Origin: Spirochaetota bacterium
GTDB taxonomy: Bacteria; Spirochaetota; UBA4802; UBA5550
DNA length: 64,000 nt
Direction: 5' to 3'
Assembly: GCA_963664815.2 (NCBI GenBank)
Contig: CAXXHB010000003.1
Coordinates: 352,001 to 416,000 of the forward strand
Numbering within the stretch: the first letter of the stretch is position 1; every line of letters begins with the position of its first letter. The position numbers were made by a program, and so were the translations under genes. A model generated the notes under the pieces. The model did no database searches, was not told where the DNA came from, and saw only the letters and a list, made by a program, of their open reading frames with translations. Below, piece by piece: positions 10,807-21,783 of this stretch.

Positions 10807-11271
10807 ATTTATTTACCACGGAATAGTTTTTAATTAATTATCAGTAATAATTTCTTAACATATATATCAGTACAAAAAAAATTAATATCATCACTTTCGT
10901 TAGTTTTGTTGATATCAGAATACTTTATATTTATAAAATTAAGGAACTGATAAATCATCATAGTTATTATTATGTCATTGAAACATAATGTCAATATAAA
11001 AAAAACCCCGCTAAACACAAATATTATTTATAACAAAGCAATTTTCAGACATTATATTGATCTGTATCAAAACTGATAAAATGATGTTTATAGTCCTCAA
11101 GTACAATATCGGAATATTATACTCTGCCGCTTCATTTTTTAATTAGCTGGAATCTATAAAATTTTATTTACAATAAAAAGATTTTATTTTAATATATTAA
11201 CGACGATATATAAAATACATGGCCTGAATTATACAAGTAACACAGATTTTATTTCAAGGGGATAAGAAGTA

Positions 11272-12540
11272 ATGAGAATCAGAACATACCTTTCATCATT
11301 GGCAGTAATATTGCTTTTCAGTGTTACAAATTCTTTTGCATCTGTAGATCAGACCTTGGTTGAGAGAATATTGAAAGAAAACAGGGATTTTATCGATTTT
11401 ATTGATCTTTCTGTGACCAATTTTGCCCCTGATAAAAAAAATGATCTTTTTAACATATATCAGAAACATTTTAATGCGGAAGTTGCTTTTCTGCAGGGTG
11501 ATTATCAAAGAGCTTTCAATAATGTTTATGATTCACAGAAAGATATGGTTGGCCTCTATGAGTATATACTAACTGAATTTTATCTTGAAGATTCAAAAAA
11601 TATACTGGATGGATTTGCTGCTGATATAATCAGAACAAAAAATACAGCAGCTAAACAATACCTTACCTTGGGATACCGTGACAGAACTCTGACGAGAACA
11701 TTTTATATATCGGGGGAAGCTTCATACCCGAAACTTTACTCGTATAAAATATTTAAGTATGTAGAAGCGATAAATATGGCCCGACGGGCAAAAAGGTATG
11801 CTTTTATTTCACTATATACCGGCCAGGATCCAAAAGTTAAACTTAAAATCTATAATCAGATGTTCAAAGCGGAAAATGAAAAAGGTGGTATTTTTTTTAA
11901 AAGGTTTGTGGATAAAAATGAAAAAGATTTTATTGCCGAGATGGATAAAACCTATGAAGAGTATGAGAAGGAGTTGGCCAAACAGCCTGTTGCTGTAGAT
12001 GGAAATACAAAAACTCAGGAAAAGAAGGAGTCCGGGACTGTTGAAAAAAAAGAAACAGGTACTGCTGAGAGTACAAGTACAGCTACTTTTGAGAAAAAAA
12101 TGGAAAGAAGTGTGAGATTCAGGAAAGAACAGAGGGTCGCCCGTTATATTCTAAATGAAGAATTTGATAAAGCTGAAACAATTATAAGATCCTATGTTGA
12201 TAATTATAATTTTAAATTAATTATGGCTACCTTTAATACACTCGGTTCAGGCGATTCTCATACCCAGGAAGGCGAAACTTCGGCTGCGGCTAAAAAGGAT
12301 TATAAAAAATTTATTCAGCATCATAATGATAATTATAACATATTAAACGGAAAGTCAGTTCTTGAAAGTGTTGTTGGAGCTGTAAAAGTAACAGATTCAG
12401 TGAAAAAAGATGATAAAAAAGAGGATAAAAAGGTAGTCGAACCGGAAAAGATTGAGGGAAACAGCAGTAAAATTTCTGATTCAGAAGCTAATAAAAAGCT
12501 TGAAGATGCCGCAAAAGAGAATAAGGATGTGAGTAAATAA
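11272..12540 (+). CDS. Secreted helical protein, Leptospira OmpL37-like family (tentative)
   Basis: Signal peptide; ENRDFIDFI...LGYRD...ARRAKRYA pattern recalled from Leptospira OmpL37-family proteins; charged tail. Confidence 0.55.
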   Translation: MRIRTYLSSLAVILLFSVTNSFASVDQTLVERILKENRDFIDFIDLSVTNFAPDKKNDLFNIYQKHFNAEVAFLQGDYQRAFNNVYDSQKDMVGLYEYILTEFYLEDSKNILDGFAADIIRTKNTAAKQYLTLGYRDRTLTRTFYISGEASYPKLYSYKIFKYVEAINMARRAKRYAFISLYTGQDPKVKLKIYNQMFKAENEKGGIFFKRFVDKNEKDFIAEMDKTYEEYEKELAKQPVAVDGNTKTQEKKESGTVEKKETGTAESTSTATFEKKMERSVRFRKEQRVARYILNEEFDKAETIIRSYVDNYNFKLIMATFNTLGSGDSHTQEGETSAAAKKDYKKFIQHHNDNYNILNGKSVLESVVGAVKVTDSVKKDDKKEDKKVVEPEKIEGNSSKISDSEANKKLEDAAKENKDVSK

Positions 12541-12568
12541 TATTATATCATAACACTGAAGGTTTTTT

Positions 12569-12934
12569 ATGTATAAAAATAAATTAATGGCATTATTGTT
12601 AGTTTCTTCTGTTTTATTTTTTTCATCATGCATAGTGGAAAAGGGAAATGGAATACTGGGTATTGAAGTTCCAATCGGAGATGGAAGGGTAAGCGAAGAT
12701 ACTCCTTATCTTATTAGTGGTGTATATGAGGATAGCCCTGCATATAAAGCTGGAATCCGGCCGGGTGACATAATTATACAGATTAATGATATGCCCATAT
12801 CCAGAGGTATGAAATTTGATGAAATTTTTTCAACGCAGTTATCCGGAAAAGCCGGAACAAAGGTCGTTATACATGTAAAAAGAGGAAACGAGAATATTAT
12901 TTTCGATGTTGTCAGAGCTAAAATAGGGAATTAG
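12569..12934 (+). CDS. PDZ-domain lipoprotein
   Basis: Lipobox FFSSC; GILGI, SPAYKAGIRPGDII and VKRG PDZ signatures. Confidence 0.85.
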   Translation: MYKNKLMALLLVSSVLFFSSCIVEKGNGILGIEVPIGDGRVSEDTPYLISGVYEDSPAYKAGIRPGDIIIQINDMPISRGMKFDEIFSTQLSGKAGTKVVIHVKRGNENIIFDVVRAKIGN

Positions 12935-13038
12935 GTATCATCGTGAAAAATATAGTTTACAGGATTTTTAAAATCATTACATATTTTGTTTGTATTATGA
13001 TAATCCTCGATATAATTTACTGGTATTTTTATTGATTA

Positions 13039-13617
13039 CTAGTTTTTACCTTTTACGTTATATTCCCATAATTCGACCAGTTTATCGAATTCCCTGTCGG
13101 CTGGTTTATCTTTATATGCTTCATTTCTTCTCTTAATAAGGTAGTAAACAGTTGAATCTTCCAGCAGAAATTTTTCTCCAAGTCCGTTCAATATATTAAT
13201 CAGATAGATCAGGTTATAAGTATTAAAGTTTCCAAGAACTTCTGTAGATGCAACGGTAGGTTCATATTTCAGTAAAAGTTCTGTAAAATAGAGTGCGCTT
13301 CTCCATGAATCATCAATACCTGCAAGCCCTGACTTAAAATGCATACTCAGTTTTTCGTATAATTCCATGTTTTTATAATATGAATCATATATTGATTTTA
13401 TATATTGGGGGAAGTTGTTCTGAACTTCCATAAGATCAATTGGTTCATTCAGAGATTTGAACAGACTAAAAATTTCACGACTTTTTTCACTGTTCGGTTC
13501 AACATCAATCAGTTCAATTTTTAAATCCTTTATTATTGTACGGACAATACCAGCTTTTTTCAGGTAAATTTCAATTTCTACCGGTTCTATATAGTATTTT
13601 TTTTCGCTGTCATTCAT
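13039..13617 (-). CDS. Hypothetical protein
   Basis: 192-aa ORF overlapping the upstream gene stop (coupled). Confidence 0.7.
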   Translation of the reverse strand: MNDSEKKYYIEPVEIEIYLKKAGIVRTIIKDLKIELIDVEPNSEKSREIFSLFKSLNEPIDLMEVQNNFPQYIKSIYDSYYKNMELYEKLSMHFKSGLAGIDDSWRSALYFTELLLKYEPTVASTEVLGNFNTYNLIYLINILNGLGEKFLLEDSTVYYLIKRRNEAYKDKPADREFDKLVELWEYNVKGKN

Positions 13618-16048
13618 TTTTCATTCTTTCTTTATATACATTAAGAATCTCAATCTGCTGCTTCATATAAGTATTTTTTTCAGCTTCAGTAATAAGTGTT
13701 TTAAGCTTATTCTTATCAGATGTGCCGCTTTTTTCTATTTCATCGATTATTTTGTAAAAATCAGCATTCATTTTCTCAAGTTTGGCATGAGCAAGATCCC
13801 ACAGTGTATCCCCTTTCTGAACAACTACTTTTTCTCCATCCAGCATAATAAATATATTTGAAGGGAAAATCCAGTGGGGATTTTTATTCTTCAATCCTGT
13901 ATAAGACAGCTTATCGTATCCATTTTTTACAGCCACATCGTTTGAATAGTTATAAATATCAGATTCACTTATTTTTACTTTATGTTTCAGGAGAAGTTCC
14001 TTCTCCTGTTCGTTAACCCGCTTAACAGTGATAATAAGATGCTGATTTTCAACAGGATGTTGTACAAATTCGGATGTAGCACCGGGCTGCGATGTTTTGT
14101 TCCTGGTAATAAAAAATGCAGCGGCAAGGAGTATAAGTATTATAAGTGATGCAGGAAAGATAATTTTTTTGTTTGAAAATATGCTTTCTGAGATATTTTT
14201 TGATATTGTAGTCTCTTTATCTGTTTTTACAATTTCTTTTTTTTCGGTTGGTATCTGGTTGAGAATGTTTTTACTCTGCTTTTTCCTGTCGTTGGAATTG
14301 TTTATGGAATAGAATTCACTGGTGTAAACATCCTTTCTGGTAAATATTTCATTTTTAAGAAGCGAAACTTCTTTTTCAATTTCGCTATATGAAGGGGTTT
14401 TAGTAATTTCCTTATAGAACATTCCAAGTAATCTGGTAAGTCTTTCTCTGTCTTCAATAATTCTTTTACATAGTATTTTTTGTTCATGATTAAGGGTAGT
14501 TTCCAGCATTGCTGATTCATTGTAGTCATCAATGAACCTTTCAACAGTATTTGATGAAGTCTGTTTTATAATTGTACAGCATGAATTATTATACAGAGCA
14601 AGAACAATTTTCATTGATGATTTAAATTCAGGTGCTGGATTAAAATTTATTTTCGTATTGAAATTCTGGTATATTTCCCTGAGAGCTGAATATTTTTTTC
14701 GGTCAGTAGTATTTGCAATAAAAAATTTTATGAGTGATGGAAGATTCAGAAGTTCAAGTGATTGTTCTGAATTTCCTATTAGTGAACTGATCAGATTATC
14801 CAGTTTTTCCCTGTCAAAATTATCAATTGCACTTTGTATTTCATCGAGTCCGGTAAATTCTTTCAGCAGAATCTCGGATGATTTATATTTTTTAAAATCA
14901 TACTGAATCCCCGGTTTTAATATTATGTTATCCGAATGGCTGATTTTCTTTATATTAATATTTCCGTCATCTATAATAATGACAGGGGATTCTGTAGATT
15001 TAAAAAGGAGTGCAGATTCTTCGTATGCGGTATATGTAATCATCACGGCATCGGATTTTTCTTTTAATATTTTTGCTGTGTCCACCGGCGATTTAATGAA
15101 TGGAACCACAATCTCCTCATCTTTTTCATCACCCGGTTTATATGTAAGTTTTATATTTGGTGAACCTGCATATGAACTGATTTTTAATCCGTCACTTGTG
15201 TTGATATGCAGGTTTGAAAATTTTTCATCCGAGACTGTGGAATTTTTAAACAATTTTTTTATCAGTTCTATTTGCTCAGTATTATCTGAATAAAGTTTAA
15301 TTTTTCCACCACGATGATTTTTAAATTTCATAAAACCGGAGATATTTATTAAATTCTGTGAAGGAAGAAGTAATTCACGGATATAATTTGGATCGATCTG
15401 AAGCAGCGAAAAATCTCCAAGGCATTTATCGGGATACTGATAAGATGTAAAATAACCTTTCTGGTAAAAAATCGGGTTGTTGTCTATAATAATCAGTCCT
15501 GCTCCTTTATATCTTTCCGTGTTTTTTGAGTTTACAGAAATTTTTGTCAAAATTTCCGCATTGTTCAGGTTGTCGCGATCTATTGTGTTAAGATCAAAAA
15601 TATTCTTTCCATCACGATTTATCTTTATATTACCGTCACTGTAGAAAATTCCTATGAATTGATCCCGGTCAGATATATTTTTCTGGCTTGATAATTCCGG
15701 TATATCTTTTTCAATATTTACAAGCGATACATTTGTCAGATCAAGTCCGAATATTCTCTGATATTCAAGAAATCTTTTCAGTATTGATTCTCCGCCGATA
15801 TACCTGTTTGTTTCAAGGTTACGGACATCAATATTAAACTGCTCATAGGAGGGATTTCCGAGAATTCTGTCTGAAACTATTATATTTTCAACAAGAGGTA
15901 TTATCTCTACAGGGAGGTCATACCATGTACCTATTCTTATGAAGGGTCTTTCATCGTTAATGGATGCTCCGGTAAAAATGATAAAACACTCTGTATCAAC
16001 AATAAATAGTCTGTCCGAGTCTTCTTTAATGATGTCGCTGAGATGCAT
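13610..16048 (-). CDS. Large hypothetical protein with single TM and C-terminal LysM-like motifs
   Basis: 812-aa ORF; TM near residue 635; NPHWIFP and VVQKGDTLWDLA motifs near the C-terminus. Confidence 0.7.
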   Translation of the reverse strand: MHLSDIIKEDSDRLFIVDTECFIIFTGASINDERPFIRIGTWYDLPVEIIPLVENIIVSDRILGNPSYEQFNIDVRNLETNRYIGGESILKRFLEYQRIFGLDLTNVSLVNIEKDIPELSSQKNISDRDQFIGIFYSDGNIKINRDGKNIFDLNTIDRDNLNNAEILTKISVNSKNTERYKGAGLIIIDNNPIFYQKGYFTSYQYPDKCLGDFSLLQIDPNYIRELLLPSQNLINISGFMKFKNHRGGKIKLYSDNTEQIELIKKLFKNSTVSDEKFSNLHINTSDGLKISSYAGSPNIKLTYKPGDEKDEEIVVPFIKSPVDTAKILKEKSDAVMITYTAYEESALLFKSTESPVIIIDDGNINIKKISHSDNIILKPGIQYDFKKYKSSEILLKEFTGLDEIQSAIDNFDREKLDNLISSLIGNSEQSLELLNLPSLIKFFIANTTDRKKYSALREIYQNFNTKINFNPAPEFKSSMKIVLALYNNSCCTIIKQTSSNTVERFIDDYNESAMLETTLNHEQKILCKRIIEDRERLTRLLGMFYKEITKTPSYSEIEKEVSLLKNEIFTRKDVYTSEFYSINNSNDRKKQSKNILNQIPTEKKEIVKTDKETTISKNISESIFSNKKIIFPASLIILILLAAAFFITRNKTSQPGATSEFVQHPVENQHLIITVKRVNEQEKELLLKHKVKISESDIYNYSNDVAVKNGYDKLSYTGLKNKNPHWIFPSNIFIMLDGEKVVVQKGDTLWDLAHAKLEKMNADFYKIIDEIEKSGTSDKNKLKTLITEAEKNTYMKQQIEILNVYKERMKNE

Positions 16049-16055
16049 ATTTTCC

Positions 16056-17756
16056 TCACTTTTGTTTTGAGTAAACCGGTTTTATTGAAGCTATAAATTC
16101 ATTGAATGTTTTAGATTTAAAAATACTGTCTCTGTTTTCTTTGTCCTGAAAAATTGATGATATATCTGCAAGGATCTGAATCTGAGCTTGATGGTCATTA
16201 AGAGGTGTGAGGATCATAAAAATCATTTTTGTTAATTTGCCATCTATTGAGTTAAAGTCAATTCCAGTCTCAGATTTTGCAACTACAATAACAGGTTTGG
16301 TAATTCCGGTTAATTTTGCGTTTGGTATAGCGATCCCATGGCCGATGCCCGTACTCATTAATTTTTCTCTTTCCGATACCATTGATGCCGCAGTTTCATA
16401 GTCAATTGATGTTTTATTTATTAAAGTTTCAGACATTATTCTTATAGCATGGAACTGATCGGCAGCTTTAAGATTGCTTATATAGAATCTGCTTTCAAGA
16501 AGGTCAATCAGATTGAGTTTTTCAACAGGTCTGAGGAAGTATTTAATCAATGGTCCGCTTGTAATGGATGTAAGTACGGCGGTTATAATAATCGCTTCAA
16601 AAATTTCGCCATTAATAAGTCCGTAACGTAAGGCTACAACGCCAAGTACAATCCCCATTGCTCCGCTTGAACTCATTGCGGCACCTATTGCCATTGACTC
16701 TCTGATATTAAAGCCTGCAATCCTCCCTGAAATTACGGTGCTGCTGAATTTTCCAGTGAAAATTATCAATAAAAAAATAATAACCAGAAGAGGATTAAAA
16801 TTTGCAATAAAATCAATTCGTAATCCTATCGATACAAAAAACAGGGGGGCGAAGATATTATCAATGAACTGAGATATTGTATTTCTCGTCTGTTCACGCA
16901 GGTGTGGAGAATCTCCTATTGCTATGCCGGCAAGAAATGCTCCAAGTATTGCGTGAGTTCCTGCAGACTCCGCAACAGCAGATAAAATAAGTCCCGTTAT
17001 TATAGTGAAAGTAATGACTCCGCCCGGCCATTCAGTTTTTGCCTGTATCCAGGGTAATGTAAGATTAATAAGATATCTCAATAAAGTGAGCGCTATTGCG
17101 GCTATTAAAACTGTCAGAGCAAGAGTTTTTGCCATATTGTAAAAATTGATAGATCCGGTTTCAAGAAGCTGTATGTTTACTGAAAAAATCAGCCAGCCTA
17201 TCAGGTCCTTGATTACAGCCGAGGCCATGATAAGCATACCGAATTCTGAGTGAAAAAGCTTAAGGTTGAGAAGAATTTTGGCAATTAACGGCAATGCAGT
17301 AATTGAAAGGGATATTCCTATAAATATTGCAAATGTAAAACTGCCTTCCGAAACACCAAATAATCCCGGGAAAAATATCACCACGCAGGCACCTATTGTA
17401 AAAGGAAATATAATACTTAGTGAACTTATTAATATAACAGATTTTCCCTGCTTAATAACAGATGAGAGTTCAACTTCAAGGCCGGCAGTAAGAAGAAGAA
17501 AAACAACACCTATAAGTATGAATGCTTCAAGTGCAATGAAAATTCTGGAATTCCCGGCAGGGAAACAGGTAGTATATATATCCGGAGAGAGTCTTCCCAG
17601 GATTGTAGGTCCGAGAATAATTCCGGCGAGTATCTCACCTATAACAGAAGGGAGCTTCATTCTTGTGAATAATTCTCCGATTATTTTAGCAAGTCCAAGC
17701 ATTAAAGCCAGGGAGAGAAACAGTATAACTATATCGCTTTTATTAAATATACTCAT
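16056..17756 (-). CDS. Cation:proton antiporter (CPA2/KefB-like) fused to a PTS EIIA(Fru/Ntr)-type domain
   Basis: PSVIGEILAGIILGP, multiple TMs, PLFFVSIG; C-terminal REKLMSTGIGHGIAIP(N)A...GIDF..IDG. Confidence 0.9.
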   Translation of the reverse strand: MSIFNKSDIVILFLSLALMLGLAKIIGELFTRMKLPSVIGEILAGIILGPTILGRLSPDIYTTCFPAGNSRIFIALEAFILIGVVFLLLTAGLEVELSSVIKQGKSVILISSLSIIFPFTIGACVVIFFPGLFGVSEGSFTFAIFIGISLSITALPLIAKILLNLKLFHSEFGMLIMASAVIKDLIGWLIFSVNIQLLETGSINFYNMAKTLALTVLIAAIALTLLRYLINLTLPWIQAKTEWPGGVITFTIITGLILSAVAESAGTHAILGAFLAGIAIGDSPHLREQTRNTISQFIDNIFAPLFFVSIGLRIDFIANFNPLLVIIFLLIIFTGKFSSTVISGRIAGFNIRESMAIGAAMSSSGAMGIVLGVVALRYGLINGEIFEAIIITAVLTSITSGPLIKYFLRPVEKLNLIDLLESRFYISNLKAADQFHAIRIMSETLINKTSIDYETAASMVSEREKLMSTGIGHGIAIPNAKLTGITKPVIVVAKSETGIDFNSIDGKLTKMIFMILTPLNDHQAQIQILADISSIFQDKENRDSIFKSKTFNEFIASIKPVYSKQK

Positions 17757-17984
17757 AAAATTCCGGTTTTAAAAAATATAAAATCCTCTCTCATCTAATC
17801 TGTCCAGTTAATATAAATTAAATAATGTTGCAATTAAAAATTAAATAGCATATAATACAGCAACAGAATAAAATATGGGTTTTAAAACGCTCATCTTATT
17901 CTAAATATTAATACAGTTGAATTTTTTTGATCTTAAACCTGGAATGAACAGACCGATAGTATAAATACGAGATATAATTAAAAA

Positions 17985-20360
17985 ATGAATAGAATATCAG
18001 GATATATTTTTAATCTTTATTTCCGTTTTCCCGGCGTCAGAATGTTTTTAATGATGATTATTATTTTTATAATTTTCAGCTTTATCAGTGTTGCTGTCAT
18101 GATATCGAATGATGTCACAACAGATCCGATCGGGTGGGAAAAGATGAAGATCATTTCTCCTGCCGGGATTACTGCGAAAAATGTCCATGCAGACAGGAAG
18201 GGGAATCTGGTCGCCGCAATTTTTGAGGGTGGGGCTAAAAATAACACTAAGATATATGTCACACTTTCATTTGACAGCGGCAACAGTTTTTTAGATCCGC
18301 TTGTGATATCTGAATTTAAATCTGAAATAAGCAGTAATCCCAGAATTGCTATATCGAACAAGGGCGAAATTTACGCGGCATGGTATGTCCTTTCGGAAGA
18401 TGAATCGAACAGCAGAATATACCTGTCTAAATCGCCGGATATGGGGGCTACTTGGAGTGAACCGGAAGTAGTTACATTTGGTATGCAGCTGGAAATACTT
18501 CCGCAGCCTGTATTTGACGATAGAGACGGGTTTCATCTCTTTTTTACCTCTTATAACGGTAATAACTTTAATCTTTTTCACGCCGGTATGAATGAAAAAC
18601 AGCTATTTACCAGAGCTGATCCGATTGTTAAATTGAAGGGAAATTTAAAGGGGGCATTCTTTCCAGCGATAAAATTTGTTGGTAATAATGTCATCGTTGT
18701 ATGTCAGGGAAAAGAGGAGAGTTACTCAGACCATCTTTATTTTACAATTTCGGATGATTATGGTAAAAGCTGGCGTGGTGTTGACAGGATAACCACGGGG
18801 AAGTTTAACAACCAGGCTCCGGCAATTGAAGTATATGATGATATAATTTACCTTGTATATATGAGCAACAGTGAAAAAAGCTGGAGTATTAATATGCTGA
18901 GAGGATATAAACTCGGTTCGAGATGGGACCCTGATCCGATGAAAATTTCCACCACTAATGCAAACTGCTACTCTCCGGATATATCGAATTCTCCGGATAA
19001 TGAACTGTTTATTACCTGGCATGACCTACGAGAGAAAGGGAGCCGTATTTTCTATAGAAAATATTCTGTTAAAACTAAAGAACTTCTTGAGGAAAATAAA
19101 CTCTCAATAAAACAGGCTACTGGCAGAAATCCTCTGTGTATCAACACATCAAAAAAGCTTGTTGTTATGTGGGAGGATGGCGGGAGGATTGCTATTAATT
19201 ACTCTGATAATTATGTTTCAGCTCCAACAGTTTTTTCCTCATCCCATCCCGAAGGTAAATGGAGTGTTGAAAATTCTGCTGTTATTAACTGGAAGAAGCC
19301 TTATGATGAATCTGGGATTTCGGGATATGCCACAATAACTGATAAAAATCCTGTAACCAATCCAACTATTCAAAATCAGAGAGGTGATTCATCAAGTATA
19401 CTTGTTACCGGGCTTGATGATGGGATTACATATTTTCACATAAGAGCTATTGACGGAGCCGGCAACATGAGCAGGACGGTTCACTACAGACTTCAGGTCA
19501 GTTCTAATCCTCTTGCCATGCCGGTAATTGTATCTCCAACTCATCCTGAAAATGCAAAAACTGAAGCAACTGACGCTGTTTTCAGGTGGGCTGTAAACGA
19601 TTCACGCAGATTGAAAGGATTTGTCTATAGTATATCAAAAGATACAGCGTTAAAACCCGAAAAGTTTATTAAAGATTTTGAAATTAAATTCAGCGATCTT
19701 GAAAAAGGGGTCTATTATTTTAATCTTGCCGCGGTGAGTACCACAAACCAGATGAGCAGGATTTCAACATATGGTTTTATTGTGGGTGAGGGTGAAATAG
19801 ATACTAATTATTTAAAGGATATAGCAAATAAAGATTGGTTGAAAGATATTAAAAGAAAACCATTAGCACTTCCCGCTCTGGAAATAAATCTTCCATTCGG
19901 TGATGCGGGACTGTACAATAGTGGTAATTTTACGGCTATTTTAAAACCTATTCATATACCATCTGCAAATGTAAGCGGATATTCCGTTATGCTGGGGAAT
20001 GAGAAGAAAGTGCCTGCTGATAAAATAAACCTGATGTCGGGTATTTTGAATATTGCCGGACTGACCAGAGGGGAATATAATCTTGCAGTGAAGTGCAGGT
20101 ATTTTAAAATTCTGAACGGGAAGAGGAGATATTTCTGGACAGAACCTGTATATAAAAGCTTTACTATTATTCCTGAAACAGAAGTGTCACCTCTGGATAA
20201 AATTTACAGCAGGCTTATGGAAAGATTTAAATCATCACCCTATGCTTTTTCTATGATAATATTTCTATTTTCAACCACAGTAATTTACAGGGGGTATGGA
20301 AGCAGAATCAGTTTTTATTTTAAGCGTATTAACTATAAGTTGAGGTATTATTTCAGTTGA
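17985..20360 (+). CDS. BNR/Asp-box repeat (sialidase-fold) protein with Fn3-like domains, N- and C-terminal TM segments
   Basis: Asp boxes SFDSGNSF, SPDMGATW, SDDYGKSW; Fn3-like YFHIRAIDGAGNMS. Confidence 0.75.
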   Translation: MNRISGYIFNLYFRFPGVRMFLMMIIIFIIFSFISVAVMISNDVTTDPIGWEKMKIISPAGITAKNVHADRKGNLVAAIFEGGAKNNTKIYVTLSFDSGNSFLDPLVISEFKSEISSNPRIAISNKGEIYAAWYVLSEDESNSRIYLSKSPDMGATWSEPEVVTFGMQLEILPQPVFDDRDGFHLFFTSYNGNNFNLFHAGMNEKQLFTRADPIVKLKGNLKGAFFPAIKFVGNNVIVVCQGKEESYSDHLYFTISDDYGKSWRGVDRITTGKFNNQAPAIEVYDDIIYLVYMSNSEKSWSINMLRGYKLGSRWDPDPMKISTTNANCYSPDISNSPDNELFITWHDLREKGSRIFYRKYSVKTKELLEENKLSIKQATGRNPLCINTSKKLVVMWEDGGRIAINYSDNYVSAPTVFSSSHPEGKWSVENSAVINWKKPYDESGISGYATITDKNPVTNPTIQNQRGDSSSILVTGLDDGITYFHIRAIDGAGNMSRTVHYRLQVSSNPLAMPVIVSPTHPENAKTEATDAVFRWAVNDSRRLKGFVYSISKDTALKPEKFIKDFEIKFSDLEKGVYYFNLAAVSTTNQMSRISTYGFIVGEGEIDTNYLKDIANKDWLKDIKRKPLALPALEINLPFGDAGLYNSGNFTAILKPIHIPSANVSGYSVMLGNEKKVPADKINLMSGILNIAGLTRGEYNLAVKCRYFKILNGKRRYFWTEPVYKSFTIIPETEVSPLDKIYSRLMERFKSSPYAFSMIIFLFSTTVIYRGYGSRISFYFKRINYKLRYYFS

Positions 20361-20690
20361 AGCAACTCTGTTTGTGATTATTGAAGCAGGGTTTTACCTG
20401 TATATTGCAGGATCCATGGTCTGTGAAAATTTTCCATAAGACATTTCGTTGCCATTTGCTGTGTGTTTTCTATCCAGTTTTAAATTATTTTCCATTAATG
20501 TCATCTTCAGTAAAAGTGCTTTTCCGAATTTCGGGCTGGTTAATTATAATTTTTCTGAAAATTTCATGGAGACGAGAAAAATATTCCCGATTGTAACTCC
20601 TTTGCGTAATATTGCTGGACTTTTATTTTATACTTTAATATATAGCAATGTATATAAATGCTTAATTATTTACGTCAGGAGAAGACAATC

Positions 20691-21782
20691 GTGGACGGAT
20701 TCCTTGTTTTAGAGTCCATTTCAAAAAGTTTTGGCAATAGAAAAGTTCTTGATAATGTTTCAGTCTCAATCAGGTTCGGTGAAATCTTTTCAATCCTGGG
20801 GCCGAGCGGATGCGGGAAAACAACCCTGCTTCGTATATGTGCCGGACTAGAAGAGCCTGACAGTGGAAGGATATATCTTAACGGGCAGGACATTACCGAT
20901 CTCCCGGCAAACAAACGGCCTGTAAATACAGTTTTTCAGAATTATGCACTTTTTCCGCACATGACGGTAAGGCAGAATATTGCCTATGGCCTGAAAATTG
21001 CCGGCCGGGATAAGAACGAAATTGATGAAGAGGTAAATCGGTTTCTCAAATTAACCCAGATGGAGAATTTTTCCGGAAGCAAGGTGACAAAACTGAGCGG
21101 CGGCCAGAAACAGAGGACGGCAATAGCGAGAGCGCTGATAAACAAACCGAATGTTCTGCTTCTTGATGAACCTCTTGCAGCCCTTGATTTAAAGCTCCGC
21201 CAGAATATGCTCAGTGAATTACAGAAAATACATAACGAAGTCGGCAGCACTTTTCTTTATGTGACACACGATCAGGGAGAAGCAATGAGTGTTTCCGACA
21301 GGATTGCCGTTATGAACAGCGGAAAGATAGAACAGTGCGCTGCTCCCGTGGATGTTTATGAAAGACCAAGCACTTCTTTTGTCGCATCTTTTATCGGTGA
21401 TACCAATCTTGTTGAAGGGATGGTTGTTTCAAATTCCAATAACTTCTGTCAGCTGGTTATAACAGCCCTGCCTGCCATGAGAGCAATGAGCCTGGATGGG
21501 GTCAGTATAGGTGACAGGGTGCGTCTCCTTATACGTCCGGAAAATATACTTATACTTAAAGATAAACCGGAATCGCTGGATTCCATTGATAATATAATTT
21601 CAGGAACAGTTAAAGAAACAACATATATGGGGCAGCAGACAAAGTATCTTATAAACGCCGGAGATCACCTCCTTTCTGTTGTGAGACATAACGGTGCGGT
21701 TTCTGACGATTCCAACATCCGGGCTGGTGATACAGTTTGGCTTCAATGCCGTGCTGATAAATCCTACGTGCTGGCTGACTGA
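20691..21782 (+). CDS. potA: Spermidine/putrescine ABC transporter ATPase (GTG start after AGGAG preferred over 20658)
   Basis: GPSGCGKT, VFQNYALFPHM, LSGGQKQR, LLLDEP, TOBE C-terminus. Confidence 0.92.
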   Translation: MDGFLVLESISKSFGNRKVLDNVSVSIRFGEIFSILGPSGCGKTTLLRICAGLEEPDSGRIYLNGQDITDLPANKRPVNTVFQNYALFPHMTVRQNIAYGLKIAGRDKNEIDEEVNRFLKLTQMENFSGSKVTKLSGGQKQRTAIARALINKPNVLLLDEPLAALDLKLRQNMLSELQKIHNEVGSTFLYVTHDQGEAMSVSDRIAVMNSGKIEQCAAPVDVYERPSTSFVASFIGDTNLVEGMVVSNSNNFCQLVITALPAMRAMSLDGVSIGDRVRLLIRPENILILKDKPESLDSIDNIISGTVKETTYMGQQTKYLINAGDHLLSVVRHNGAVSDDSNIRAGDTVWLQCRADKSYVLAD

Positions 21783-21783
21783 C

